Below, one piece after another: positions 8,024 to 17,415 of a stretch of 32,000 bases of DNA. The DNA is from Alkalilimnicola ehrlichii MLHE-1 (lineage in GTDB: Bacteria > Pseudomonadota > Gammaproteobacteria > Nitrococcales > Halorhodospiraceae). The DNA is taken from contig NC_008340.1 of the NCBI RefSeq assembly GCF_000014785.1, forward strand, positions 2,310,001 to 2,342,000, in the 5' to 3' direction. The position numbers and the translations under genes are program-made. Under the pieces are notes generated by a model. It saw only the letters and a list, made by a program, of their open reading frames with translations. It was not told the DNA's origin and searched no databases. The stretch's first letter is position 1. The number at the start of each line of letters is the position of its first letter.

Positions 8024-8845
8024 TCAACCGGAGAAGGTCCGGTGCAGCATGAGAAGCGCGGTGATCAGGAGGAACAGGGCGAAGGCCCTTCTGAGCTGCA
8101 CGGTATTGAGATGCATGGCCAGTCTCACGCCGTAAGGGGCACAGAGCACGGTGGTCGGGGCGATCAACAGGAACCCCAGCAGACTGACATAACCCACGCT
8201 GAACGGCGGCCGCTCCGGCACCCCCATCCCGGCCCAGAGAAAGCCGATCACCCCCGGGATGGAGATGATGCAACCAATGGCCGCGGCCGTCCCCACCGAT
8301 CGGTGCATGGGGAAGCGCAGCGCCTGGAAGATGGGCACGCTCAGGGTACCCCCGCCGATGCCCATCATGGTGGAGACCGTGCCCACAAAGCCGCCAATGG
8401 CGCCCCGGACCCAGGGTCCGGGGGCCCGCTCCGCCAGGTGCGGCGGCGGTGCGGCCCGGGCCATGTTGAGGGCCACCAGCAGCCCCACGAAGCCGAACAC
8501 CCCAGTGAGGACCGCACCGGACACCCGGGCGCTCAGCAGGATGCCGAGCACCACGCCGAGCAACAGCGTCGGCCACAGTTCCCTGAGCAAGGCCACGTCC
8601 ACTGTGCCGTTGCGGTGGTGGCTGATGGCCGAGCGCAGGGAGGTGGGGACCACCACCGCCAAAGAGGTCCCCACCGCCAGGTGCATCTGCACCGCCGGGT
8701 CGACCTCCAACAGGGTGAACACGTAGAAGAGCACCGGCACGATAACGATGCCGCCCCCGACCCCCAAGAGACCGGCCATGATACCGGCCACCACCCCAGT
8801 GCCCAGCAACCCCGCCGCAAGCAATGCCAACTCCGGTGCGGTCAT
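8024..8845 (-). CDS. TSUP/TauE-SafE family (DUF81) anion permease
   Basis: 273 aa, polytopic and Gly-rich, with the internally duplicated signature GLLGVGGGIVIVP ... MGIGGGTLSVP typical of TauE/SafE. Confidence 0.85.
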   Translation of the reverse strand: MTAPELALLAAGLLGTGVVAGIMAGLLGVGGGIVIVPVLFYVFTLLEVDPAVQMHLAVGTSLAVVVPTSLRSAISHHRNGTVDVALLRELWPTLLLGVVLGILLSARVSGAVLTGVFGFVGLLVALNMARAAPPPHLAERAPGPWVRGAIGGFVGTVSTMMGIGGGTLSVPIFQALRFPMHRSVGTAAAIGCIISIPGVIGFLWAGMGVPERPPFSVGYVSLLGFLLIAPTTVLCAPYGVRLAMHLNTVQLRRAFALFLLITALLMLHRTFSG

Positions 8846-10443
8846 AGCCCCGCCACGCCTCCATCGCTACGCGGATCGGATGCCGCCCGGACATGGCCCG
8901 CCCGGTCACGCACCAGGAGGCCGGCGTGGCCCATCGCACTGTTGCGGGGCGGCACCACCTCCACGTCGTGGCCACGGCCCCGCAGCGCTTCCACCAACTC
9001 CGGCGGGAAATCCGCTTCCAGCTTCAGCGTGTCCGTCCCGGCCCCCCAGGTCCTGCCCAACAGCCAGCGCGGCGAGGCCACCGCCTGCTCCGGTGATTGG
9101 CCGTAGAGGGCCACCCGGGTGAACACCGCCGCCTGGGTCTGCGGTTGGCCCTCCCCCCCCATGGTGCCGTATACCAGGGTACGGCCGTCATCCAGAACCG
9201 CCAGGGCCGGGTTCAGGGTATGGAAGGGACGGCGGCCCGGCTTGAGGTCATTCAGGGCATCGGGCGCGAGCGAGAAGCTGCAGCCCCGGTTCTGCCAGAT
9301 CACGCCGGTGTCGGGGACGACCACCCCGCTGCCGAACTCATGAAACAGGCTCTGGATGAAGCTGACACAGCGACCCTCGGCGTCGATGGCCCCCAGCCAT
9401 ACGGTGTCCCCCGGGGAGGCCGGCTGCGGCCAGGCCAGGGCGCGGCTCCAGTCCACCCGATCCGCCAAGGCGTCCAGCGCCTCCGGCTTCAGCCACTGCG
9501 CTGGATCCTCCGGCAGATAGGCGGGATCGGTGACAACGCGGTCCCGCACCAGGAAGGCCTGCTTGACTGCCTCCACCATGGCGTGCAACCACTCTGCGCT
9601 CTCCGCCGCTACCGGGTGGCGCCGCTGCAGCCGGTCAAAGACTCCGAGGATCATCAACGAGGCCAACCCCTGAGTGGGTGGCGGCATGTTCCACAGGGTG
9701 CCCAGGCTGTGCCTCATGTTCAGCGGTGCCACCCGGCGGGCGGCATAGCCCGCCAGGTCCGGGGCCCGTATCGGACTGCCCGCCTCGGCGAGGCCCTCAC
9801 CCAGCGCCTGTGCCAGCTCGCCGGAATAGAAGTCCGCCAGGCCGACCGCCGCCAGGCGTTCCAGGGTGCTGGCCAGCTCCGGCTGGCGGAACGTCTCGCC
9901 CGGGACGGGAAAGGCCCCGCCGGGCAAGTACTGGGCATCAAACCCCGGCTGCGGCCCCAGCTCCGGATGCTTGTCCCGGGTGGCCTCGGCCTGGCTATGG
10001 GTCATCGGGTACCCCTCTCGCGCATGCGCCACGGCGGGCGCCAGGAGCCGGTGCAGGGGCAGGCGCCCCGACCACTGCGAACGACTAAGCGCCAGCGCCA
10101 CCTGCCAGCCGGCCACCGTGCCGGCGACGGTGTTGGCGGCCGCCCCTCCGCGGCTAGGGATGACCGTCAGCCCCCGGTCGCGGTACCAGGCGGGTGTCGC
10201 ACCGACCGCCGCCGGGCCACAGGCCTCGATACCCAGGGGCGCCCTGCCCGGCTCGCGCAACAACCAGAAGCTGTCGCCCCCCAGGCCGTTCATGTGCGGA
10301 TAGACCACCGCAATCGCTGCGGCAGCGGCCACCATGGCCTCGATGGCATTCCCCCCTTCCCGCAGCACGCCGGCGCCCGCCTCGGCCGCCAGATGATGGG
10401 GTGCACTCACCGCCGCCCTCAGCGGCGTGTCATTGGCAAGCAT
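8842..10443 (-). CDS. gamma-glutamyltransferase-family Ntn hydrolase, no signal peptide
   Basis: NGLGGDSFWLL and GDTVWLGAIDAEGRCVS (autoprocessing Thr nucleophile context), plus TMGGEGQPQ. I prefer the ATG at 10443 (GGAGG 8 nt upstream) over the ORF-track start at 10500. The stop overlaps the TauE start by 4 nt (ATGA). Confidence 0.85.
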   Translation of the reverse strand: MLANDTPLRAAVSAPHHLAAEAGAGVLREGGNAIEAMVAAAAAIAVVYPHMNGLGGDSFWLLREPGRAPLGIEACGPAAVGATPAWYRDRGLTVIPSRGGAAANTVAGTVAGWQVALALSRSQWSGRLPLHRLLAPAVAHAREGYPMTHSQAEATRDKHPELGPQPGFDAQYLPGGAFPVPGETFRQPELASTLERLAAVGLADFYSGELAQALGEGLAEAGSPIRAPDLAGYAARRVAPLNMRHSLGTLWNMPPPTQGLASLMILGVFDRLQRRHPVAAESAEWLHAMVEAVKQAFLVRDRVVTDPAYLPEDPAQWLKPEALDALADRVDWSRALAWPQPASPGDTVWLGAIDAEGRCVSFIQSLFHEFGSGVVVPDTGVIWQNRGCSFSLAPDALNDLKPGRRPFHTLNPALAVLDDGRTLVYGTMGGEGQPQTQAAVFTRVALYGQSPEQAVASPRWLLGRTWGAGTDTLKLEADFPPELVEALRGRGHDVEVVPPRNSAMGHAGLLVRDRAGHVRAASDPRSDGGVAGL

Positions 10444-10633
10444 CGCCGTCGCCTCCAATCGATGGCCCGGCTCACCCGCACATGCAACGGTTATCAACAA
10501 GCCGGTCCGGGGTCGTGGTCAAGCACTCACGGTAGCGCATTTTTACGCAGGAGAGCGCGGCTTGCCCCCCAGGCCGCGACCGCACCTCTGGAATCGACTA
10601 TGATCGAATGACCATCGGCCGAAGGAGCCCGAA

Positions 10634-11731
10634 GTGATTGGGGACCGCCGCGTCATCGCCTTCCACGATGCCCGAATGCTGGAGCACCGGCCGGACGTGC
10701 AGGATGCGTATCAGCCGGGCCGCCTGGCCACCCGGGTCAAGCGCATGCTGGACGGGCTCACCATCCAGTGGAACTACCCGGAGCATCCAGGGCGCCTTAC
10801 CGCCATCATGGACCTGCTGGTCCGCGAGCCGGTCCCCGGGGTGACCTTCCGCACTGGCCGGGCCGCCACCCCGGCAGAACTGGGCCGGGTGCATACCCTC
10901 TCCTATCTGGAGACCATCTACGCCCTGCGCGGCAAGCACGCCTGGCTGGATGTGGACACCACTGCGGTCTGCCCGGGCAGTGTGGACGCCGCCGAGGTGG
11001 CGGCCGGCACCGCCATTGCCGCGGTGGAGGCGGTGGTACAGGGTGACGCTGAGGCCGCCTTCGCCCTGGTGCGCCCCCCGGGGCACCACGCCGAGGCGGT
11101 GCGCGCCCGCGGTTTTTGCCTGTTCAACAATGTCGCCGTGGCGGCCGCCCACGCCCAAGCGGCACTGGGCTGCCAGCGGGTGCTGATCGTGGACTGGGAC
11201 GTCCACCACGGCAACGGCACCCAGGACATCTTCCGCGCCGACCCGGATGTGCTCTTTTTCGACACCCACCGGGCCTCGCCCTTCTACCCGGGCTCGGGCC
11301 GACTGGAGGAGGTCGGTCACGGCCTGGGGGAAGGCACCACGGTCAACGTCCCGTTACCGCCCGGGGCCGGTGATGCCGCGCTCCTGCGGGCCTTCCACGA
11401 AATCCTCGTCCCCGCCGCTGACTGGTTCCAGCCCGACCTGGTGCTGGTCTCGGCCGGCTTCGACCCCCACCGGCTGGACCAGGCCCTGAATATGAGTTAC
11501 GAGGGCTTCGCCGCCTTGACCGCAGTGCTGCAGGAGATCGCCACAAGGCACGCCCAGGGGCGGCTGGCCTTCGTGCTGGAAGGGGGCTACAACCTGGAGG
11601 CGCTGTCCCGGGGGGTACGGACCGTGCTGGAGGTGCTGGCCGGCGCCGAACTCGAACCCCTGCAGGCGGCCGGAATGGAAGAGCTGGAACAGGCCATCGC
11701 CTTCCACCGGGATGCCTTCCAGGCGCCCTGA
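10634..11731 (+). CDS. histone-deacetylase-family (AcuC/HDAC-like) Zn-dependent deacetylase
   Basis: [35 protein letters not shown] and the GGYN motif. GTG start is preceded by AAGGAG at 6-nt spacing. Confidence 0.9.
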   Translation: MIGDRRVIAFHDARMLEHRPDVQDAYQPGRLATRVKRMLDGLTIQWNYPEHPGRLTAIMDLLVREPVPGVTFRTGRAATPAELGRVHTLSYLETIYALRGKHAWLDVDTTAVCPGSVDAAEVAAGTAIAAVEAVVQGDAEAAFALVRPPGHHAEAVRARGFCLFNNVAVAAAHAQAALGCQRVLIVDWDVHHGNGTQDIFRADPDVLFFDTHRASPFYPGSGRLEEVGHGLGEGTTVNVPLPPGAGDAALLRAFHEILVPAADWFQPDLVLVSAGFDPHRLDQALNMSYEGFAALTAVLQEIATRHAQGRLAFVLEGGYNLEALSRGVRTVLEVLAGAELEPLQAAGMEELEQAIAFHRDAFQAP

Positions 11732-11783
11732 AGGCCGGGCGGGGCTACCCCGTAGGCGGATTCCACCACGCGCACCCCGGGGG

Positions 11784-12926
11784 CTATAGCCCCTCGCGCA
11801 CCACGGCCCGGCGCAATGCGCGCTGGCGGCGCAGGATACTGCGAAAGGCGGCGCGCAACGCCGCGTACTCCCCCCGGCTCAGTGCCGCCACCGGGACCTG
11901 GTTGTGCAGCGGGCGGCCGGCGTCGATGGCCTCGGCGTGCAGGCGGGCGCGGATACCGGCGACAACCTGGTAGCCCTGTATCAGCGCGCCGGCCTCACCG
12001 CGGTCCAGCGTGCCCGCCCCGGCGGCCTGCTGCAGGCGCTCCAGGGTATGGTGGGCGGGCAGGCCCGCGCGCACGGCATAGACCCGGGCCAACTGCACCA
12101 ACGGCAGCAGCCCGCCCTGTTTCAGATCCACCCGGCCCGCATTCGCACCCCACCAGGGGGTCCAGACCCGCCCCAGGCCATGCCACGGTGGGCGCGGCCG
12201 CGTCGCCCCATCGCTCAGCCGGGCGAGGAACCGGCGGTTGCTCGCCGCCCGCTCCAAGGCCTCCCGGCGTACGGGCTCAAACAGGGCCGGATCGCCGGCC
12301 ACCACCCGCAGATCCAGGTAATGGGTGGCCAGCATCACCGCCTTGCGTCCCGGGGCCTCAATGACTGTGAGCAGCGCCCGCCGCCAACTGCCGACGCTGC
12401 GCCGCCAATCACCATTCGCCGGACTGACGCCGCCCGGGCAATGCGGCAAGCCACAGGCCGCCAGCCCTTCCGTCACCCGCCCCGCCAGGCGCCGGTACCA
12501 GTCGTCGGCCCCCGGCGGGAGATCATCCCCATAGACCAGGGCATTATCCTGATCCGTGTGCACGGTCTGCTCACCCCGCCCCTGGGAGCCGCACGCGAGC
12601 CAGGCCCACGGCCCCGGCGCCGGCGTCCCCATTTCCGCCTCCGCGAGGACAATCAACCGCCGGGTCAGGGCGTCCACCCAACCGCTGACGATCCGGGCCT
12701 GGGTCACCGCGTCCCTGCCGGAGCGCTGCAGCGCGGCCTGACCCTCGGGGAAGCGGCCCGCAACGGCCTGGATGGCCGCCAGGTCCGATGCCTGCTCCAG
12801 AGCCCGCCCCAAACCCGTGCCCTCCGCACCGGTCCCTGCCGTTGCCCCGCTACCGGCACCTGATTCACTGGCGCCCGGAGCCCCTTGGTCCTGCGTCTCA
12901 TCCACAACACCCACCTCCCTGAACAC
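11784..12926 (-). CDS. DUF294-type putative nucleotidyltransferase (no sensor domains) with low-complexity Gly/Ala N-terminus
   Basis: LACGSQGRGEQTVHTDQDNALVY is a pol-beta-type GS-x-GR-x-E...DxD motif. The C-terminal half is collinear with the DUF294_C region of the two paralogs at 15293 and 20469. The start (GTG 12926) is uncertain. Confidence 0.75.
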   Translation of the reverse strand: MFREVGVVDETQDQGAPGASESGAGSGATAGTGAEGTGLGRALEQASDLAAIQAVAGRFPEGQAALQRSGRDAVTQARIVSGWVDALTRRLIVLAEAEMGTPAPGPWAWLACGSQGRGEQTVHTDQDNALVYGDDLPPGADDWYRRLAGRVTEGLAACGLPHCPGGVSPANGDWRRSVGSWRRALLTVIEAPGRKAVMLATHYLDLRVVAGDPALFEPVRREALERAASNRRFLARLSDGATRPRPPWHGLGRVWTPWWGANAGRVDLKQGGLLPLVQLARVYAVRAGLPAHHTLERLQQAAGAGTLDRGEAGALIQGYQVVAGIRARLHAEAIDAGRPLHNQVPVAALSRGEYAALRAAFRSILRRQRALRRAVVREGL

Positions 12927-13064
12927 GGCACTGCCCGGCAGCGCCCCTGGGCTGCAGCTTACTCACCTTTCAGGGGCTTCCGCTATGGCCCCACGGCGCT
13001 GCGTACCACCCCGAATCGGCACAGGACGGCGCCCAGCCCCCCCGGTGGTCCGCCCGCCGCTCAT

Positions 13065-13089
13065 AAAAAAAGCCCGCCGGATGGCGGGC
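13065..13089 (-). terminator. rho-independent terminator after the symporter gene
   Basis: The minus strand reads GCCCGCC-atcc-GGCGGGC followed by TTTTTTT, 67 nt past the symporter stop codon. Confidence 0.8.
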
Positions 13090-13107
13090 TTAAGCGTTCA
13101 GTCGGGT

Positions 13108-13136
13108 GGTTGCCGCACCCGGGGGGTGCGGCAACC
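13108..13136 (-). terminator. additional 13-bp GC hairpin directly after the symporter stop
   Basis: ggttgccgcaccc-ggg-gggtgcggcaacc. There is no U-tract. It may be a stabilising or attenuating stem preceding the true terminator. Confidence 0.45.
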
Positions 13137-13155
13137 CAATCGCAGAAGTTAGCGA

Positions 13156-14937
13156 TCAGTCGGCGCGCGGCACACGCACGCTCTCCACCAGCTTCTGGAT
13201 CTCGGCCGGCGGCGGCGCGGTCATCTTCGCCACGGCGAAGGAGACAATGCCGTTCGCCACGGCGCCGATCACACCGAATGCGGCCGGGTTGATACCGAAC
13301 AGCCAGTACTCGGCGGTGTCCGGCAGCAGGGCCAGCTGCGGGAAGAACAGGAAGCCCTTGTAGGTGAAGACGTAACCCAGGGTCACGATCAGACCCGCCA
13401 GCATGCCGGCGATGGCCCCTTCGCGGTTCATCTTCCGGTAGAAGATGCCCATCATCAGGGTCGGGAAGAGGCTGGCCGCGGCGAGACCGAAGGCCAGCGC
13501 CACCACCTCGGCCGCGAAGCCTGGTGGGTTCAAGCCCAGATACCCCGCGAAGATAATGGCGACGGCCATGGAGATACGGGCCGCGAGCATCTCGTTCTTC
13601 TCGCTGATATCGGGTTTGAACACGCCTTTGAGCAAGTCGTGCGAAACCGCCGAGGAGATGGCCAATAGCAGACCGGCCGCGGTGGACAGCGCCGCCGCGA
13701 TACCACCCGCCGCCACCAGGGCGATCACCCAGGTCGGCAGACCGGCGATCTCCGGGTTGGCCAGCACGATGATGTCACGGTCCAGGTTGGTGATCTCCGA
13801 GCCTTCCCAGCCCCACTGCTCGCGGGCCATCTGGTCGAACTCCGCATTGCCGTCGTTGTAGTACTGGATACGGCCGTCGTTGTTCTTGTCCTCCCACTGC
13901 AGCAGACCGGTCTGCTCCCAGCGGTACATCCAGTCGGGCAGGTCCTCATACCGGGTGTGGGCCTCAGCCTCACCGATGCTGTGGCGGTCCACCAGCACGG
14001 TGTCGAGCAGGTTCCACATCGCCATGGCACCCACAGCCGGGGCGGTGGTGTAGAGCAGGGCGATAAAGACCAGGGACCAGCCGGCGGACTTACGCGCGTC
14101 GCGGATACGCGGCACGGTGAAGAACCGGATGATCACGTGCGGCAGACCTGCGGTACCGATCATCAGGGAGATGGTCAGCAGGAACATGTTGAGCATGTTG
14201 AAGCCGCCCTCGGTGGCCGAGTAGGCCGCAAAGCCCAAGTCCACCAGGGTCTGGTCCAGCGCCTCCAACAGATAGGTGTCGGAGCCGGCGAGGGTGCTGC
14301 CGAGACCGATCTGCGGGATCGGCACGCCGGTGATGGCGATGGCGATGAAGACCGCCGGGACGGTGTAGGCGAAGATCATCACGCAGTACTGGGCGATCTG
14401 GGTATAGGTGATACCCTTCATACCGCCGAACACAGCGTAGATGAACACCACCACCATGCCGGAGATCAGGCCCACGGTCAGCGGCACCTCCAGGATGTTG
14501 GAGAAGGCGATACCGACGCCGCGCATCTGGCCGATAACGTAGGTGATGGAGATGGCCAGCAGGCAGATGACCGCAATCACCCGCGCCGTCTTCGAGTAGA
14601 ACCGGTCGCCGATGAACTCGGGCACCGTGAACTTACCGAACTTACGCAGGTAGGGGGCCAGCAGCAGGGCCATCAACACGTAGCCACCGGTCCAGCCCAT
14701 CAGGAAGGCGCCACCCGTAAAGCCCAGGAAGGCAATCAGGCCGGCCATGGAGATGAAGCTGGCGGCGGACATCCAGTCAGCGGCCGTGGCCATGCCGTTG
14801 GCGACGGGGTTGACCCCCTTGCCGGCCACGTAGAACTCGCTGGTGCTACCGGTGCGGGCCCAGATCGCGATACCGATGTAGAGCGCGAAGGTGAGACCCA
14901 CCACGGTCAGGTTGAGTATCTGTTGAGATCCTTCCAT
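13156..14937 (-). CDS. sodium:solute symporter (SSS) large subunit, ActP/VC_2705-like
   Basis: 593 aa and polytopic. The N-terminus EFYVAGKGVNPVANGMATAADWMSAASFISMAGL is typical of the acetate/monocarboxylate SSS clade. It follows a DUF4212 small-subunit gene by 12 bp. Confidence 0.9.
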   Translation of the reverse strand: MEGSQQILNLTVVGLTFALYIGIAIWARTGSTSEFYVAGKGVNPVANGMATAADWMSAASFISMAGLIAFLGFTGGAFLMGWTGGYVLMALLLAPYLRKFGKFTVPEFIGDRFYSKTARVIAVICLLAISITYVIGQMRGVGIAFSNILEVPLTVGLISGMVVVFIYAVFGGMKGITYTQIAQYCVMIFAYTVPAVFIAIAITGVPIPQIGLGSTLAGSDTYLLEALDQTLVDLGFAAYSATEGGFNMLNMFLLTISLMIGTAGLPHVIIRFFTVPRIRDARKSAGWSLVFIALLYTTAPAVGAMAMWNLLDTVLVDRHSIGEAEAHTRYEDLPDWMYRWEQTGLLQWEDKNNDGRIQYYNDGNAEFDQMAREQWGWEGSEITNLDRDIIVLANPEIAGLPTWVIALVAAGGIAAALSTAAGLLLAISSAVSHDLLKGVFKPDISEKNEMLAARISMAVAIIFAGYLGLNPPGFAAEVVALAFGLAAASLFPTLMMGIFYRKMNREGAIAGMLAGLIVTLGYVFTYKGFLFFPQLALLPDTAEYWLFGINPAAFGVIGAVANGIVSFAVAKMTAPPPAEIQKLVESVRVPRAD

Positions 14938-14949
14938 TGTTCTATAGCC

Positions 14950-15234
14950 TCAGTCTTCGTAGACGTCGTATTCGCGATCCAGTTTGTTCATGCGCCAGGC
15001 ATAGAAGAAGATGATCACGAGGAACACGTAGATCGAGCCTTGCTGCGCGAACCAGAACCCGAGCGGATAGCCGCCGATGCTGAAGTTATTCAGCCAGTCG
15101 GCGAGCAACACGCCGAGTACCAGCGAGACAAACGCCCAGACGACCAGGCAACCCCCAATGATCTTGAGGTTCTTTCGCCAGTATTCGCCTCTGTCTTTTG
15201 TCACCTGATTTTCCGAATCAGACATGGATGACAC
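14950..15234 (-). CDS. DUF4212 small subunit of Na+/solute symporter
   Basis: 94 aa with two TM helices. It carries the motif GGYPLGFWFAQQGSIYVF...YAWRMNKLD characteristic of the family that pairs with VC_2705-type symporters. GAGGAG lies upstream of the ATG. Confidence 0.85.
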   Translation of the reverse strand: MSSMSDSENQVTKDRGEYWRKNLKIIGGCLVVWAFVSLVLGVLLADWLNNFSIGGYPLGFWFAQQGSIYVFLVIIFFYAWRMNKLDREYDVYED

Positions 15235-15292
15235 TCCTCTTTCCTAGGATTAAAGGATGATTCGGCAATTCCCTTTGCAGTGCTTACGGCCG

Positions 15293-17284
15293 TTACAGTT
15301 GATACTCCGAAGTGAGTTTTGATTGTAGTTTCCTCGCCTCGCGAAATGCCTCCTTGAGAATCTTTTTATCCAGTTCATTGAGTTCGTTGGGTGAAACATG
15401 ATTGCTGAGCGGCTTCCCGGCCGCTGCCTGCTCCTGGTGCTGCCGGGTGCGCAGCACCTGAATATAGTGGTAGGCGATAACCCACGCCTCCACATCCCCC
15501 CGGACCAGGGCACCGGCCTCGGCCGCCTGCTCCAGGCGGTCCACCGTGTTGGTGGCCGGGAGCCGGTGGGCCAGGGAAAAGATACGCGCCGCGTCCACGA
15601 AGGGCGTGACGCCGTTGAGCTTGAGGTCGATGACGTTGCGCTGATCACCGTGGGTTCGGGTGACGAAATCGCGGATCACCCCCAGCGGGGGCCGGTTGCG
15701 CAGGGCGTTGGCCGCCATCTGCTTGCGGAACCGGCTGTTGCGTGAAGTCCGCTCCAGCAACCAGGTCCGAAGCCCCTCGGCCCCGCCGGTGGGCCCGTGG
15801 ATGACCCGGAAGTCGAAAAAGATGGCGGCCTTGAGCAGGTGCTCCGGTGTCCCCTGGTCGATCCAGCGCTTGAAGCGCTGCTGCCACTCCTCCAGCGACA
15901 GGCAGCACTCCGGGTTGCCGGCCATGATGTTGCCGGGGCAGAGGGGATAGCCGCAGCGGTCCAGGGCCTGGTTGATGCGCTGGGCGACCGGCACCAGCCG
16001 CGCACGGATGGCGTCGGCATCGGGGCCGTCGTCATCGACCATGAACAGGATGCCGTTGTCCTGGTCGGTTTTCAGGGTCTGTTCCTGTCGCCCTTCGCTG
16101 CCGAAGGCGATCCAGCAAAAGTCGATATCGGAGACGTCATCATCGGCCTCGGCCAGGCAGAGCTGGATGATGCGCTCACCGATATGATCGTTGAGCAGGG
16201 TGATCATCTGCATGATCTGCGCGACCTTGACCCCCTGGTCGATCATCTGCCCGACCAGGCGGTGGATGTCCGCCTGCAGCGGCGCCAGGGCCTCGACACT
16301 GGCCGCCCGACGGATGCTGCGGGTGAGATTGACCAACCCCACCCGTTGCAGCGTGAACAGGTCGCGCTCGGAGATCACCCCCTGCAGGCGGCCCCGCTCC
16401 ACCACACAGACGTGGTGGATGCCGTGCTGCGCCATGACCATGGCCGCCTCGAAGGCGAAGGCCGACCGCGGCATGGATACCGGGTCGGAGGTCATCACCT
16501 CGCGCATGGGGCGATCGAGCGGCACCTGGGGCAGGGCCACCCGGCGCAGCAGGTCGTGCAGGGTAAAGACCCCCAGTGGGCGAAGCCGGTCATCGGTGAC
16601 GACAATGCTCCCCACCCGCTGGGTATCCATGGCCTGCAACGCTTCTTTTATTGTGGTCTCCTCCCGGCAGGTCACCGGTTCCCGCCGCAGCCGCTCGCCC
16701 AGCGGGATGTCCAGCGAGGTGTCGCCGTTGCCCAGCCCCTTCACCTCCTGGCTCTGATACTGGGCCAGTAGTTGGTCCAGCATGGTGGAGAGGCGCCGGG
16801 TGCAGAAGGCATGAAACTCCTCCGACACGTGCAGCAAATGGGTAAAGTCGCCTTCCTCGAGTTCGAGGCAGGTGGTCTCCTCCAGGGCGCGATGGATGGT
16901 CCGCGCCGGCTTGCCGGTCACCAGGGCGCCCACCGGGAAGCACTCACCCGCGCGCAATTCCCAGACGTTGCCCGCCTCTTGATCGTCACCCCGCGGCGAC
17001 TCCCCGCCCACCCGGCCGGAACGAATGATAAACAGCCGGTCGACAGGGCCGCGGTCGGGATGGGTCAGCGCCTCGCCCCGGGCATAGACACGGATGGCCA
17101 AGCGGTCCACCAGATAGCCCAAGTGCTCATCGGTCATGTCGTCGAAGGGCGCATACTGGCGAAGAAAGACCCGCACGTCGCCCCGATCGGACGCTGCGCC
17201 CTGCTCCGCCTTGTTGTGTTGGTCGTCGCCCATCTTTATGCCACTGCGCGCTGAAAGTACGGCAGGGAGACTTGCAGAAGTCAT
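15293..17284 (-). CDS. cNMP-binding + CBS pair + DUF294 nucleotidyltransferase signal-transduction protein
   Basis: An N-terminal CAP-effector-like fold (RGEALTHPDRGPVDRLFIIRSGRV...ELRAGECFPVGAL) is followed by two CBS motifs, then IAFGSEGRQEQTLKTDQDNGILF and a DUF294_C tail. An alternative start at 17233 is possible; neither start has a clear SD. Confidence 0.85.
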   Translation of the reverse strand: MTSASLPAVLSARSGIKMGDDQHNKAEQGAASDRGDVRVFLRQYAPFDDMTDEHLGYLVDRLAIRVYARGEALTHPDRGPVDRLFIIRSGRVGGESPRGDDQEAGNVWELRAGECFPVGALVTGKPARTIHRALEETTCLELEEGDFTHLLHVSEEFHAFCTRRLSTMLDQLLAQYQSQEVKGLGNGDTSLDIPLGERLRREPVTCREETTIKEALQAMDTQRVGSIVVTDDRLRPLGVFTLHDLLRRVALPQVPLDRPMREVMTSDPVSMPRSAFAFEAAMVMAQHGIHHVCVVERGRLQGVISERDLFTLQRVGLVNLTRSIRRAASVEALAPLQADIHRLVGQMIDQGVKVAQIMQMITLLNDHIGERIIQLCLAEADDDVSDIDFCWIAFGSEGRQEQTLKTDQDNGILFMVDDDGPDADAIRARLVPVAQRINQALDRCGYPLCPGNIMAGNPECCLSLEEWQQRFKRWIDQGTPEHLLKAAIFFDFRVIHGPTGGAEGLRTWLLERTSRNSRFRKQMAANALRNRPPLGVIRDFVTRTHGDQRNVIDLKLNGVTPFVDAARIFSLAHRLPATNTVDRLEQAAEAGALVRGDVEAWVIAYHYIQVLRTRQHQEQAAAGKPLSNHVSPNELNELDKKILKEAFREARKLQSKLTSEYQL

Positions 17285-17349
17285 GCCAGAAATTGCGAGC
17301 CCAGCAATCAGCGGCTTGGCGCGGGGGTGCAGCGGGCGGTGTCACGCAA

Positions 17350-17410
17350 GGTAACAAGCTGTCACCGTTGGTGACGCGAACCCTTGCCACGGTAGGTAAC
17401 GGAGGGTAAC
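17350..17410. promoter_or_regulatory. repeat-rich intergenic segment (possible internal promoter/operator)
   Basis: Perfect palindrome GTCACC-gtt-GGTGAC (17361-17375) flanked by three GGTAAC hexamers (17350, 17395, 17405) in the 131-bp gap between the sensor-exonuclease and DUF294 genes. Confidence 0.3.
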
Positions 17411-17415
17411 GGGGA

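Noticed and set aside
9153-9160. Homopolymer tracts inside coding regions: C8 at 9153-9160 (GGT gene) and G8 at 26564-26571 (MFS gene), considered as phase-variation switches
   Set aside because: Both are in frame and encode Gly-Gly within conserved-looking segments. Tracts of 8 are unremarkable at this GC content, and nothing else suggests contingency loci.
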